From: Squalus acanthias
Taxonomy: Eukaryota
Direction: 5' to 3'
Length of the DNA: 64,000 nucleotides
Assembly (NCBI GenBank): GCA_030390025.1
Contig: CM059427.1
Location: 196,664,001 to 196,728,000, forward strand
Each line of letters opens with the position of its first letter. Position 1 is the stretch's first letter. Under the pieces are notes generated by a model that was not told the DNA's origin, did not search any database, and worked only from the letters and a program-made list of their open reading frames with translations. Position numbers and translations under genes: made by a program. Shown one piece after another: positions 23,348 to 37,114 of the stretch.

Positions 23348-24980
23348 ACATAAGAACGGAAGGAGCCAGCATAACACTTTGGGCCCATCAATACAATTCC
23401 ATTTATGATCCATGTATGATTAATCCTTCATGGTTTTCCAACTCCAAACAGCTGTTGATTCCTACTCAAGGAAGACTAAATTTTTTCCGCATCCTTCCAT
23501 CAAGATCAATCGACACCATTCAGATTTCTGTAATCCTCCACCTCTATTCCAAACGGAAATCCAGCTAGCCATCTTATTAAGGTGTTATGTCACCTATAAT
23601 AAACTCCATTCTCCGCGCCACACAACCACTAACCTGTGAAAAGGGTGTTTTCTATTCTCAAACGTTGCTTGGTCATTGCGAATTTTATGCTTAACTCCCC
23701 TATTCTTATGCTCAGGTCCAAGTTAAGTACTTTGTTATCTTCAATTTTATCTACAGCTTTCAATATTTTAAAGGCTTACATGCGTAAACCCCTCTATCTT
23801 CTTTTCTAAAGTGCAAAGAAATGCAGTTATCTAAGCTGTTAGTCAAAACTTAATGCCAAAGGCCTAAGATAATCCTGGTCACCCTTCAAACTCTTTCTAA
23901 TGCAGGTATGATATTTTTGACCAACACTGCAGGCCATACTCCGGAATTGGCCGTAAACTTATTTGTACAATTTCAGCATAAGTTGTCATGACTTAAAAAC
24001 CAGTACTTTTCAGTTAATGCTCCATTCTCAATTTGTCATATTACAACCCCTTTCGCATTGACTGGACGCATTCAGGGTATAATCCACGATCACTGCCATA
24101 TCTTTTAAAAAACCTTTTCAGCCTATGCCGGTGGAGATTTTTTCTCGTTGTACACATGCTTGTTGATATTAATGATATATAGATGATCTTAATTTTATCC
24201 ACAATAAAAAACATATTTCAATTTTCATCACTGGTAAATGTCATTCTGCAAATACTCATGTTTCTTCCACCTCACTGCCTGCATTCACACACCTTTGTGT
24301 CACTATGAAAAGTAATAACACGACTGCACTATGCCCATATGATTTACAAACATTGTTAAAGGTAGAGATCCAAGAAAGGATCATTGAAGAATATGCCAGG
24401 AAATAGTAACCACCGACTTCTGTCTTCTGGCACTAAGTCAATTCTCATTCCATCTAGATAATATGTTATCTATTCCATGAGCCTTAAACTCCTCTACCAG
24501 TCTAACGTTTGGACTGTTGTCACTTATCCATTGCAAATCTAAGTAAACTACATCTATTGATATAATCTAGATTAGTTACCTCTCAAAGAATTCCATTATA
24601 GTGGTAAGGTGCAGCCTTTCATTTCTAAAACAATTTTAAGGATACCTTTGCTCCCTGGCTCTCATTTGGAGCATCCTGCAAATGGTTCTCAAGTGTCTTT
24701 CAACTTTGGACGTCAGGTGAACTGTTGTGTTATTACCAGTATAGTGCCTTACTTCTTTTTGTATTGTTGAAATTGCATTACTTATCCTTAGGTCCCTAGG
24801 TGCTGTATTTATAGAATTCGGAAAAGTATCAACAGGTCTCAATGAATATTTCATTGGGACCATGTTGTGGTGATTTAGCCAAACCTTCAATCTCCTGATC
24901 TAATTACACACTTTGAATTTAGCTGTGCAAACGTTGGATGGTAGCTTCAATATTTGCTTACTAAAATTCAAATCCAGGAG
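23348..24980 (-). mobile_element. Fossil CR1 in spacer (copy A')
   Basis: Paralog of 17778-19400. Confidence 0.7.
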
Positions 24981-25882
24981 AGAAGATTGGCACATTGCAT
25001 GAACACACTGGCCTTTTTGCTCTCGTGCATGTGCTTCAATTCCGCCCAGACTAAGTAGCTGACATTATCATTTCTCTTTTTGCTGTCACTGGCCAGAAAT
25101 ATAAAGTAACTAATCTCCTACCATATCTATAGAGCGCGATGGGGTGTGAGGGAGTGACTGGACTTGGACGGTGGTCTCCCCTGCAGTCTTTCCAGACACA
25201 GGGATGTATTTTCCATGTGGTTACACCTCGGGACAGAACTCCATTCACTGGTATCTAAATATTACTTAGAAGAGATCTGATGAACACACCGAATCCCTGT
25301 TGACACTAAAAAGATTCAAAATGAATATTTTAAAGATATTTAACAGATCTAAAGTAGGTTTTTCTGCAATTTGTATGAAGCCCAAGAATACAAGAGGACC
25401 TGATTAATTTAGGATGATCTGAAACTCAGAAACCAACTTATATTAATTAGTTGGAACTAACACACTGACACCATGGCAACTAGGATGTAACCAACAGTTA
25501 CAGTACCTGGCTAGAACTCTTATTCTGCTCCCAAGGAAAGGACTTGCACAGTTACATGTATGCTCAGAGTTTCTCGCAAGATAGTTAAATTTAAACGTTT
25601 AGAGAGTGTGGGACAATGTCAAACTTCCTATATGTTTAAATAAACTCCATTTGGAGTTATTTATTATCAAAAAGAAACATAAACACATCCGAGGAGATAC
25701 CATTATATAGCGAAGCGACAGGCATGTTGACTAGAAATAGAATAAGTGCAGGAAACTGAGAATTTTCCCATTAAGATATTACTTGCATCCTATTCATTTG
25801 AATGAGCTGGCTTTTCCTAAATGTATCTGTACACCCAAATCAAACCTGTGGGGATCTTCTTCCAATTTTAGAAGCGCCTCAC

Positions 25883-28351
25883 CTCATTGCTCACAGTGTT
25901 GCTGTAATTTTCAGAATTCATCATGCCTGGGTTTTCTTTCCCGATAGATTCATTCCGGACATAGTTCTTGCTTGTTGATGACCTGCAGGTGTTAGGGTTG
26001 ATGAAGTCTCTCTTCGTTGACTGCAATGTTGAACATGATTCGTACCGGAAACTCTGAGAAAGTGGATCACCCCCGAATACTTCAACATAGTTCGGAGGTA
26101 TCTGAAGGTTTCTACTGGCTTTTTGAATTCCATTCAGAGAATTTCTTGTTTCAAAGCAGCAACAAACACCCAGGGAACAGTGCTGTCCTCCAAAACCATT
26201 TCTGCTTTTATGAATCTTAACAGCGAGGATAATCAAAATTACTAGAAAAATGATAGAAATGATCCCTAAGGCGATGACCAAGGAAAGGCTCATATCAGGA
26301 TTGAATCCAGGGTCTTCGGACAAACTACTGACACTGGAGAAGGTTTCAGTATTACTGTCTACCACAGATAAAACTATAGTCACAGTGGCAGAAAGGGATG
26401 GTGTTCCATTGTCTCTTACCACAATCACCAATCTTTGCTTAGAGGCATCTTTATTCGCAATACGACGGATAGTCCAAATTTCTCCAGTGTCTGGTGAAAT
26501 AGTAAAAAGGTTATGATGGGTGGCCTGAAAAATCTGATAATAAAGACGAGCATTCTGACCGGCGTCAGCATCAGTGGCCGATACCTTGGCAACCAAGTAG
26601 CCTGGTTCTGCAAGCCTGGATATTGTCTCTGTTGCTGTCGACCCATACTCGGGTAATGGGTGCACGATCACTGGAACATTGTCATTCTGATCAAGGATAA
26701 CAACATCCACTGAAGCGTTACTGGCGAGTGTTGGGACTCCAGAGTCCTGGACCTGAACTTGGATCTGAAAGATTTTCAATTGCTCGTAGTCAAAAGATCT
26801 CTGAGCAAATATTTCACCACTCTCTGAGTTTATAGACACGTAACTGGATGCCAAGGCGCCATGAACTTGAGACTCCAGAATAGAGTAGTTCAGTCGAGCG
26901 TTCTGTCCTACATCTGGATCAAAGGCTGTCACTGAGAATATAGAAGTCCCAATAATGTTGTTCTCCATCACATTTGCCGTGTATAAATGCTGCGTAAACC
27001 TTGGTGCGTTGTCATTTATATCCGAAACCTCCACCTGAATGGTTTTCTTGGATGTGAGAGGAGGATTTCCTGCATCCCGGCATGTTATAGTTACTTCATA
27101 CCTGGAGGTATGTTCGCGGTCCAGTAGATGCTGAATCAGCAGTCTATAATAGTTCTTCAAAGATGAATCTAGTTTAAAGGGCAGTTTATCTGAAATTTGA
27201 CATTGTACCTGCCCGTTTTGTCCCGAATCTTTGTCTGCTGCACTGAACAGAGCCACTACAGTCCCAAGCGGAGCGTCCTCGGAAACTGTAATTGATGAAG
27301 ACCTCAACATGACCTCAGGTGCGTTATCATTCACATCAATAATGTCCACCACAACATCACAGTGCTGGGGTATTGCGCCAGAACCCTTGTCCATTGCTTG
27401 TATGTTAATCTCAAAGACACTGCTTTCTTCATAGTCCAAATTCCCTATCACTCTGATTTCACCATTTTTGGAATCAACTGCAAACAGTTCACGGGCTCTA
27501 GCGGCAGTATGGCTACTGAGCGAGTACATTATCTCCCCATTGGAACCATCGTCCAAGTCAGTGGCGTTTAATGCGATTATCAGTGTTCCTGTGGGTGCAG
27601 TTTCCAACAGGCTGACCCTATAATTCGACTGGGGGAAAACAGGCGCATTGTCGTTTTCATCCTTTACTATGATTGTAACCTGAACAGTGCCCGATCTTAC
27701 AGGGACCCCGCCGTCCCTGGCTATTAGCGTTAACCTGTGGGAGGATTCCGTTTCTCTATCCAAGGACCTCTGCAACACCAACACTGGCAACTTTCTTTCC
27801 CCGCTCCGCATTTGTACATCGAGAATAAAAGAATCATTTTGAAGGAGCTGGTAGGTTTGTACTGAGTTGGTTCCAATGTCCGGATCGTGCGCGGACTCGA
27901 GGGGGAAGCGCACTCCCGGCGCTGCAAGCTCGGAGATTTCAAGGCGGAACTCGTCCTTTGGAAAACTGGGAGCATTGTCATTTACATCGAGAATCTCCAC
28001 TTCAACCTGGTACAGATTGAGGGGATTTTCAAGCACAACATCCAAGGTTAACACACAAGTGAGGCTCGGCCCGCAAAGATTTTCTCTGTCAATTTTTTCC
28101 TTAACAAACAAAATTCCATTGTCTAAATTTACGTCCACATACTGTTTCCTGGAGCCGGGCACAATCTGCAAACTGCGAGCCGAGAGCTGCTTCACATCTA
28201 AACCCAAATCAGCTGCGATATTCCCAACAAAGGCGCCCAGTTGCAGTTCTTCGGGAATAGAATAATGAATCATCCCAGAAACTAGATTCCACGAGGAGAA
28301 CACACAGAACAATAGTTGGCATTTCAGCAACCAATATATTTTAAATCTCAT
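25883..28351 (-). CDS. Clustered protocadherin variable exon 6
   Basis: Intact 823-codon paralog; donor GAG|GTGAGG. Confidence 0.95.
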
Positions 28352-28551
28352 TTCCAGCGTGAAACATTCCAATTTGCTCAGTACGAGACCGCACCATTCA
28401 TGTTCCTTTTAAAAGTTATTTGGATATTTAAAAAAAATAGGTTAGCGACGATGTACCAAATACCTGTATGTTTTGCGAATCGCTCGAATGATTTCATTTA
28501 AATCTGCTCATTTCGCCGAAAATTGCCAGTGTAATCGTCAACAAAACCTAT

Positions 28552-28762
28552 GGAGCTGCTCGCTATCAAATTTTACACTGCGTCTGATCTTACGTGATGG
28601 GGGCTGGGTAGTGAAGGGGGCAGGCCGGATCACCAATCACATCTCAGCTTCTGATTGGTAAACAGAGGCACATTGAAATTCAGCCAATCAGAATACCGTT
28701 CATTTCTTAAAGCTGGAAAGTCATAAACCAGAGCAGAAGACTTACATTTATTGTTGCACAAT
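28552..28762 (-). promoter_or_regulatory. Promoter of variable exon 6
   Basis: Same module; CCAAT pair 28654-28688, plus an extra CCAAT at 28633. Confidence 0.75.
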
Positions 28763-30056
28763 TAAAATTGTATTAAGCCTTTTTACAGCTTTATGGATAT
28801 TTCTGTCTGTTGCGAAAAATGTATCTCTAGAACAGAATTACAATGAATAGTTTAAGATCAGATAAAAGGGGGGGAATTTTTCCGGGGGTCAGCGGGCGTG
28901 TTTGGTGGCGGGGTCGGTAGGGAACCCGCTGTCAACCCACCACCACTTCAGTTTCCCAAATGTTGGGTCTGTCATCGCTGAACAGACCCGACACCAAGCA
29001 GCGGAGGAGGCAATTTAGATGAGTAAGAGCTCGTTAACAGGCACTTAAAACTATTTTGAGCTCACATTTAAATTTTACCAGGTCACCCACGGGTTCCCCG
29101 CTGCTTGGGAATCACGTCAGGTAAGCAGGTTGGGAGTTATGTCACCATGATACCATTTCATTACTTGACAGCTGCAAATGTGCTATAAAAGCCTCCATCT
29201 CATATTTGTTCACTTTCTAAGGCCAGAAGCTGTTGCTTACTGCATTTGGAAGACAGATTGAACTTTATGCAGGTTGCAAGTGTTTGGAGCAAACTCTCTA
29301 TCCAGTGTCCCCTCATTGGAACAAACTCTCTCACCACTGACAGATCACTTCTGTCATCTCAATTTCAACTGCCATCAATTACATCAGCATCAGTGCCCTC
29401 GAAACTATCTCACCTTGGTCCTCAGAATCCCACCACGATCAGCCACATCACCAGGCACACCAGCAGCACCAACAACAACACCAAACTTCTCGCAATCAAC
29501 TGATGCTGCACAGGACACAGGGCATCAGCTCCTGATCACATTTCTGCCCGGGAGGCCAGGGACGGCCTTACCATGGCCACATTTACTTCACTTGACTCTG
29601 TACACCCTAGCTACCACATGATGCACCAGGTTGACACCACGCCACACCAACACCATAAAGCATCCCTACAATGCCCAAGCCATTCCTTCCACACTCATCA
29701 CCATTGCGGGGGTGGGGTGGTGGGGGGGGGGGGGGGGGGGGGGGTGAGGGGGCGGGGGTGTGGTACCGTTGTGTCTCATCATTCACTACAACTCACTAAG
29801 CCACTTCCAAAGGTGCACACAAATCTGTCCAAGAACGCAAAGTGTTGAAAATAAATATTTCAATTTTGACAGCACATTAACAAAAACTTCACATGAAAAT
29901 TGGCTAAACACCCAACTGCCTACCCTTATGTGTTGTTAGTTGGTATGATTGGACTAGGATGAGGATGGGTGTGAGGGGTGGCTGGTGAGATGGGGAACTG
30001 TAAATGTAGATATAGAGGAATGGGTGGAGGTGCAAGGTTAAGTTGATATGATTAAG

Positions 30057-30992
30057 ACAATAGCAAAATACTGCAGATGCTGGAAATCTGAAATAACAAC
30101 AGAAAGTGCAGGAATCACTCAGCAGGTCAGGGAGCATCGAGGAGAGAGAAACCGAGTCAACGTTTCAGGTCGAACCCTTCATCAGAACTGGAAAAGGTTA
30201 GGGAGGAGAGATTTTTAAGCAGGGGCAGGAAGGAGGGGAGGAAAGAACAAAGAGACGATCTGTGATGGGATGGAAGGCAGGAGAGATGGAATGACAAAAG
30301 GGATGATAGTGTAAGGCAAAAGGAGAGGTAATGAGACAAGTTAAGAAACAAAAGATGGCTCTAGATGATGTGTGGATGATGATGGCAGCAACATTAACAG
30401 CTACCATGTGAGGAAACAAGAGGAAAAGAAAGAACTACAGGGACCAATTTATAGTCTGAAATTGTTGAGCTCGATGTTATGTCCAGAAGGCTGTAAAGTG
30501 CCTAATAGAAAGATGAGGTGCTGATCCTCGAGCTTGCGTTGAGCTCCATTGGAACAGTGTAAGAGGCCGAGGATGGAGAGATCAGAGTAGGAGTGGAGGG
30601 GAGAATTAAAGTGACAGATGACCGGAAGCTCGGGGTCACGCTTGCAGACTGAATGGAGGAGTTCCGCAAAGAGGTCACCCGATCTGCGTTTGGTCTCCCC
30701 AATGTAGAGGAGACCACATCGTGAGCAGCGAATACAGTATACTAAATTGTAAGAAGTACAAGTAAATCGCTGTTTCACCTGGTAGGAGTGTTTGGGGCCC
30801 TGGACGGTGGGAAGGGAACAGGTAAAAGGGCAGGTATTGCATCTCCTGTGCTTGCATGGGAAGGTGCCAGGCGAAGGGGAAGGGGTGTTGAGGGTGATAG
30901 AGGAGTGGACCAGGGTGTCGCGGAGGGACCGGTCCCTTCAGAATGCTGAAAGGGGGGGGCGGAGGGGAAGATGTGTTTGGTGGTGGGCGGTA
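30057..30992 (-). mobile_element. Penelope-like retroelement 3' fragment (GIY-YIG endonuclease + hammerhead-bearing end)
   Basis: ORF 30449-30778 NLVYCIRCSRCGLLYIGETKR..HFN..GTLQPSGHN; 13-bp TSD TGATATGA(T/G)TAAG at 30044-30056 and 30993-31005. Confidence 0.85.
30155..30189 (-). ncRNA. Minimal type I hammerhead ribozyme motif (Penelope)
   Basis: AGTT CTGATGA AGG-GTTCGA-CCT GAAA CG TT GACT. Confidence 0.65.
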
Positions 30993-31589
30993 TGATATGA
31001 GTAAGGATGTGCAGGAGTAGGGTAGGGAAGGCAGAGTGATGGGGATGTGATGAGTGGCACAGCAGGATAAGGTTGAGTGTGGCTTTGCAGTAAAATTTCC
31101 TGATCTACTGAAATCATTGAAAGGTTTGCGCCACTTCAGCCTGGTCCTCCGAACGACATCCCTGCTTGTGTCCTCCTGTGCAATGTGTAACCAGGCTGTG
31201 TTGGTCTCCTGGGGAGGTCTCTTCCGCCCATGTGAAGGGAGTCATGGAAGAGCCTGGGTGCAGGGGTGCAACTTTGTGCAGTGCTTGTCAGTGTTTGCCG
31301 CACCTCAATGCTACAGAACACTGGCAGTACACCTGTCAAAATAAATTTGCCCATGGTCCCTTTAAGGAAAACGGCTGAGGACGCGTCATCACGTGACGTC
31401 ATCAGACCGCTTCGTTCAATTGGCCGGTAAAAGCGCTGGGTGGGCTTAACAAGCCCAATTAACGTAAGATCACTTTGGACGGCGGGCTGGAGCCAACAGC
31501 CAGGTCGCACCCCGCCACCGACTCCGGCCGCACCGGCCCGCCGAGGTAGGGGAAATCACGGCCAAATAATCTGCTTAGAAGAAATAAAG

Positions 31590-33150
31590 ACACAAGAACG
31601 TAAGGAGCCAACATAACTCGTTGGGCACATCAGTTCAATTCCATTTATACTCCAGCTATGATCATTCCATCATGGCTTTCCAAACCCCCACCACCTGCTG
31701 ATTGCTACTTAAGGAAGACTAAATTATTTCTCCGTCTTGCCATAAAACAATCAATTGGTACTATTAAAATTTCTATAATTCTCCGCCTCTATTCCAGAGA
31801 TCCGTTCAGCCGCCTTATAAAATTGTTCTTTGACCTTGAATCAACTCCTGTCTCTGCGCCGCGTATCCACTAACCTGTGAAATAACTTTTTTTCTAATCT
31901 GTAATCTTGCCCAATTATTGAGAACTTTATACTTACCTCACCTCATCTTACAATCAGTGCCAAGTTAAGGAGCTTGTTATCTTCAATTTTATCAATAGCT
32001 TTCAATATTTTAAAGACGTACATGCATGTATAAAAAATATTCTGGTGTCTTTAATTAAAACGTACTCCAGAAGGTCTAAAATCATGTTCACCCTTCAAAC
32101 ACTTTCTAATGCAGGAATAGCTTTTGATGAAATCTGCAGGCCGTTCTCCAGAGCTGGCCATAGGATTAATTTGTACAATGTCAGTACAACTTGTCATGAC
32201 TTCAAAAAGTACCTTCCAAGCACTTCTGCATTCCCAATTTACCTTATTACTAACGCTTTCGTAATGGCTGGGTGCTTTCAGGGTATAATATATGATCACT
32301 CCCATGACTATTTTTGTTTGCTTTTTCAGCCTAGGCCCGTGGAGAACTTTATTTTTTGTTGTATACTGGCTTACTGATACCTGTTAATGTATGTATTATC
32401 TTACTTTTAATCCACATTAACATGCATATTTCATACCTCATCACAACTTCTGTAATTGGTACCTGTCACTCTGAAAATAATCATGTTTCTTCCAACTCAA
32501 CACCTGCCCACATACCACAAAAAGTAATAACACTACAACACCGTGTCAATATGATTTGCAAACTTTGTGAACGGTAAGGATCCAGAAAAGATCCTTGAAA
32601 AATGCGCCTGGAAATAGTAACCAACTTCCTCTGTCTTCTGGCACTAAGTCAATTCTCATTCCATCCAGATAATGTGGCATCTATTCCATGAGCCTTAAAC
32701 TCCCAAACCAGTCTCACTTGTGGACTGTTGTCAAAAGTCCATTAAAGATCAAAGTACACTACATCTATTGAATTACCCGAGCTTAGTTATCTCTCACAGA
32801 ATTACATTATATTGGTAAGGCGCAGCTTTTCATTTCTAAAACAATTTTAGGATACCTGTGTTCCCTGGCTGTCATTTGGAGCATCCTGCAAATGGTTCTC
32901 AAGTGTTTTCTCACTTAGGGCGTTTGGGGGACTGTTGTTTTACCAGTATAGTGCTTTACCTCTTTTTTGAATATTGAAACTGAATTAGTTGCCTTTAGGT
33001 CCCTCGATGCTATATTTATAGAACTCGGAAAGGTATTAACATGTCTGATTTTATATTTCATTACGACATGTTGTGGTGATTCAGCCAAACCTACAATCTC
33101 CTGTTCTATTTGCCTTAGATTCAAGATGTGCTGATTAAAATTCAAATCCA
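31590..33150 (-). mobile_element. Fossil CR1 in spacer (copy B)
   Basis: Paralog; remnant SIFKKEVKHYTGK. Confidence 0.7.
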
Positions 33151-34112
33151 CGAGAGTAGGTTGACACATTGCATTAGCACACTGCCCTTTTTGCCCGTGT
33201 GCATGAGCTTCAATTCCGACCAGATTTATTGGTAGACATTATCATTTATCTTTTTGCTGTCAATGGTCAGATATTACAAGTACCAGGCTCCTACCGTATC
33301 TATAGAGTGTGCTGGGTTGTGCGGGAGTGACTGGAGTTGGACGGTGCAGTCTCTCCAGAAAGATTGAGATTTTTTGCACATTTTTACGCACATGCACAGA
33401 AGTCCATCGACGGGTATCTAAATATCAGTCAAAAGAGATCCGATGTAGCTACCGATTCACTGTTGACAGTAAAATTATTCAAAACGAATGGTTTTAAATA
33501 TTGAACTGACCTGAGCTAAGTAATCTGCAACTTGTGTGAAGCCCAAAGATACAAGACGACCTGTTGAATTTAGTTTGATCTGGAACTCATTAATTAATTA
33601 ATTGCAGCGAATGGGCTGATATCGAAACAACTGAGAAGCAACCAATCTGTTTACAGCACCTGGCTGAACTCCTATTTTGCTACCAAGGAAAGTGTTATAT
33701 AATTCCACGGATATACATGTTTGCTCAGAGTTCCTCTCCAGATTGTTAAAATGTAAACCTTTAGAGAGAGTGGGGGACAATGTCAACACTTCCTATATAT
33801 TTAACTAAACTCCAGTGAGTTTAAAAAGTGTCCACAGAATTCTCTGGGCCTCCAGGACACTTGTTAAAGCCAATTGAACAATACATTGCAGTTACGTTTA
33901 TACGCAAAGGAACGTAAACACAGCCGGGGACTAGACTACATAGCAATGGCGCAGGCATGTTGGCTGGAACTAGAAATATGGCAGAAATCTGCCAATGATG
34001 TGTTTAAGATATCACTCCCTTCCCCTCATTTCACTGTGCTGGATTTCCCCAAAGATAACTGTACATCCGAATCAAACCTGTGAAAATTTCCAATTTTTTA
34101 GAAGCGCCTCAC

Positions 34113-36581
34113 CTCATTGTTTACAGTGTTGTTGTAATTTATAGAATTCATCATTCCTGGGTTTTCTTTCCCGTTAGATTCATTCTGGACATAAGGCTTC
34201 TCTGTCGATGACCTGCAGGTGTTGGGGTTGATGAAGTCTCTCCTCGTCGATTGCAATGTTGAACATGATTCGTAGCGGAAACTCTGAGAAAGTGGATCAC
34301 CCCCGAATACCTCAACGTAGTTCGGTGGTATCTGAAGGTTTCTACTGGCCTTTTGAATTCCATTCAGAGAATTTCTTGTTTCAAAGCAGCAACAAACACC
34401 CAGGGAACAGTGCTGTCCTCCCAAACCATTTCTGCTTTTATGAACCTTAACAGCCAGGATAATTAATATCACTAGAAAAATGATAGAAATTATCCCTAAG
34501 GCGATGACCAAGGAAAGGCTCATATCGGGATTGAATCCAGGGTCTTCAGGAAAACCACTCACATTAGAAAACATTTCAGTAGCGCTACCCACCACAGATA
34601 GGATGATAGTCACAGTGGCAGAAAGGGATGGTGATCCATTGTCTCTTACCACAATCACCAATCTTTGCTTAGAGGCATCTTTATTCGCAATACGACGGAT
34701 AGTCCAAATTTCTCCAGTGTCTGGTGAAATAGTAAAAAGGTTATGATGGGTAGCTTGAAAAATCTGATAAGAAAGACGAGCATTCTGACCAGCGTCAGCA
34801 TCAGTGGCCGATACCTTGGCAACCAAGTAGCCTGGTTCTGCAAGCCTGGATATTGTCTCTGTTGCTGTCGACCCATACTCGGGTAATGGGTGCACGATCA
34901 CTGGAACATTGTCATTCTGATCAAGGATAACAACATCCACTGAAACGTTACTGGCGAGTGTTGGGACTCCAGAGTCCTGGACCTGAACTTGGATCTGAAA
35001 GTTTTTCAATTGCTCGTAGTCAAAAGATCTCTGAGCAAATATGACACCACTCTGTGAGTTTATAGCGACATAACTGGCTGCTGAGGCACCCTGAACTTGA
35101 GACTCCAGGATAGAATAGTTCAGTCGAGCGTTCTGTCCTACATCTGGATCGACGGCTGTCACTGAGAATATGGAAGTCCCAATAACGTTGTTCTCCATCA
35201 CGTTTGCCGTGTATAAATGCAGCGTAAACGTTGGTGCATTGTCATTTATATCCGAAACCTCTACCCGAATGGTTTTCTTGGATGTGAGAGGAGGGTTTCC
35301 TGCATCCCGGCATGTTATAGTAACGTCATACCTGGGGGTATGTTCGCGGTCCAGTAGATGCTGAATCAGCAGTCTATAATAGTTCTTCAAAGATGAATTT
35401 AATTTAAAGGGCAGTTTATCTGAAATTTGACATTGTACCTGCCCGTTTAGTCCCGTATCTTTGTCTGCTGAACTGAACAGAGCCACTACAGTCCCAACCG
35501 GAGCATCTTCGGAAACTGTACTTGACAAAGACCTCAACATGACCTCAGGTGCGTTATCATTCACATCAATAATGTCCACCAACACATCACAGTGCTCCGG
35601 TATTGCGAAAGGGCCCTTGTCCATTGCTTGTATGTTAATCTCAAAGACACTGCTTTCTTCATAGTCCAAATTCCCTTTCACTCTGATTTCACCAGTTTTA
35701 GAATCCACGTCAAATAGTTCACGGACTTTAGCGGAATTATGGCTACTGAGCGAGTACATTATCTCCCCATTGGGACCATCGTCCAAGTCAGTAGCATTTA
35801 ATGTGATTATCAGGGTTCCTGTGGGTGCACTTTCCAACAGGCTGACCCTATAAACCGACTGGGGGAAAACAGGAGCGTTGTCGTTAATATCCTTTACTAT
35901 GATTGTAACCTGAACAGTGCCCGATCTTACAGGGACCCCGCCGTCCATGGCTATTAGCGTTAACCTGTGGGTTGATTGTATTTCTCTGTCCAAGGATCCC
36001 TGCAACAGCAATACTGGCAACTTTCTTTCCCCTCTGCCCATCTGTACATCAAGAATAAAATAATCGTTCGGGAGGAGCTGGTAGGTTTGTAGGGAGTTGG
36101 TTCCAATGTCCGGATCGTGCGCGGACTCGAGGGGGAAGCGCGCTCCCGGCGCAGCAAGTTCGGGGATTTCAAGGCGGAGCTCGTCCTTTGGAAAACTGGG
36201 AGCATTGTCATTTACATCGAGAATCTCCACTTCAACCTGGTACAGATTGAGGGGATTTTCAAGCACAGCATCCAAGGTTAACACACAAGTGAGGCTCGGC
36301 CCGCATAGATTTTCTCTGTCAATCTTTTCCTTAACAAACAAAATTCCATTATCTAAATTTACGTCCACATACTGTTTCCTGGAGCCGGGCACAATCCGCA
36401 AACTGCGAGCCGAGAGCTGCTTCACATCTAAACCCAAATCGGCGGCGATATTCCCAACAACGGCGCCCAGTTGCAGTTCTTCAGGAGTCGAATAACGAAT
36501 CTGTCCAGAAACGAGATTCCACGAGGAAAATACACAGAGCAATAGTTGGCATTTCAGCAAGAAATAAATTTTAAATCTCAT
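34113..36581 (-). CDS. Clustered protocadherin variable exon 7
   Basis: Intact 823-codon paralog; donor GAG|GTGAGG. Confidence 0.95.
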
Positions 36582-36783
36582 TTCCAGCGTAAAACATCCC
36601 AAATTTTTCAGTACGAGACCGCACCATCCATTATCCTTGAGCAGCTCTTTGGATATATATTTTTAAAACTCGAAGAATTACGATGCACCAAATACCTGCA
36701 CGTTTTGTGAATCTCTCGGCTTATTTCATTCAAATCTTTTCATTTTGTCGAAATTTGCCACTGGATTCTTGCACAAATCGTTC

Positions 36784-36992
36784 GGAGCTGCTCGCTATCC
36801 AATGTTACAGTGCGTCTGATCTTACGTGATGGTGGCTGGGTAGTGAAGGGGGCAGGCCGGATCACCAGTAACATCTCAGCTTCTGATTGGTGAACACAGG
36901 CATATTGAAATTCAACCAATCAGAATATATTCGTTTCTTAAAGCTGGAAGGTCATAAACCACAGCAGAACACTTACATTTATCGTTGTACAA
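36784..36992 (-). promoter_or_regulatory. Promoter of variable exon 7
   Basis: Same module; CCAAT pair 36886-36920. Confidence 0.75.
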
Positions 36993-37114
36993 TTAAAATT
37001 GTACTACGATTTATTACAGCATTGTGGATATTTCTGACTGTTGCGAAAAAATTATCTCTGGAACAGAATTACAATGAATAGTTTAAGATCAGATATAAAG
37101 AATCTGCTTGGAAG

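Larger units (their letters stand above)
28868..31563. mobile_element. Defective PIF/Harbinger-type DNA transposon (with nested Penelope)
   Basis: Absent from paralogous spacers; AAA/AAA flanks; imperfect GC-rich inverted ends (GGGGGGAATTTT.. / ..GGAAATCACGGCC); minus-strand Myb/SANT remnant at ~31090-31240 (GRKRPPQETNTAWLHIAQEDTSRDVVRRTRLKWRKPFNDF). Confidence 0.75.

Noticed and set aside
30449-30778. GIY-YIG ORFs (also 48892-49251) as host nuclease genes
   Set aside because: Truncated Penelope retroelement fragments lacking the RT; absent from paralogous spacers
32045-33169. Recurrent spacer ORFs (MSLIKTYSR.., MRLVLEFKTHG.., MENFICLFY..) as novel small genes
   Set aside because: Lie in the co-duplicated fossil CR1; frames and stops differ between copies
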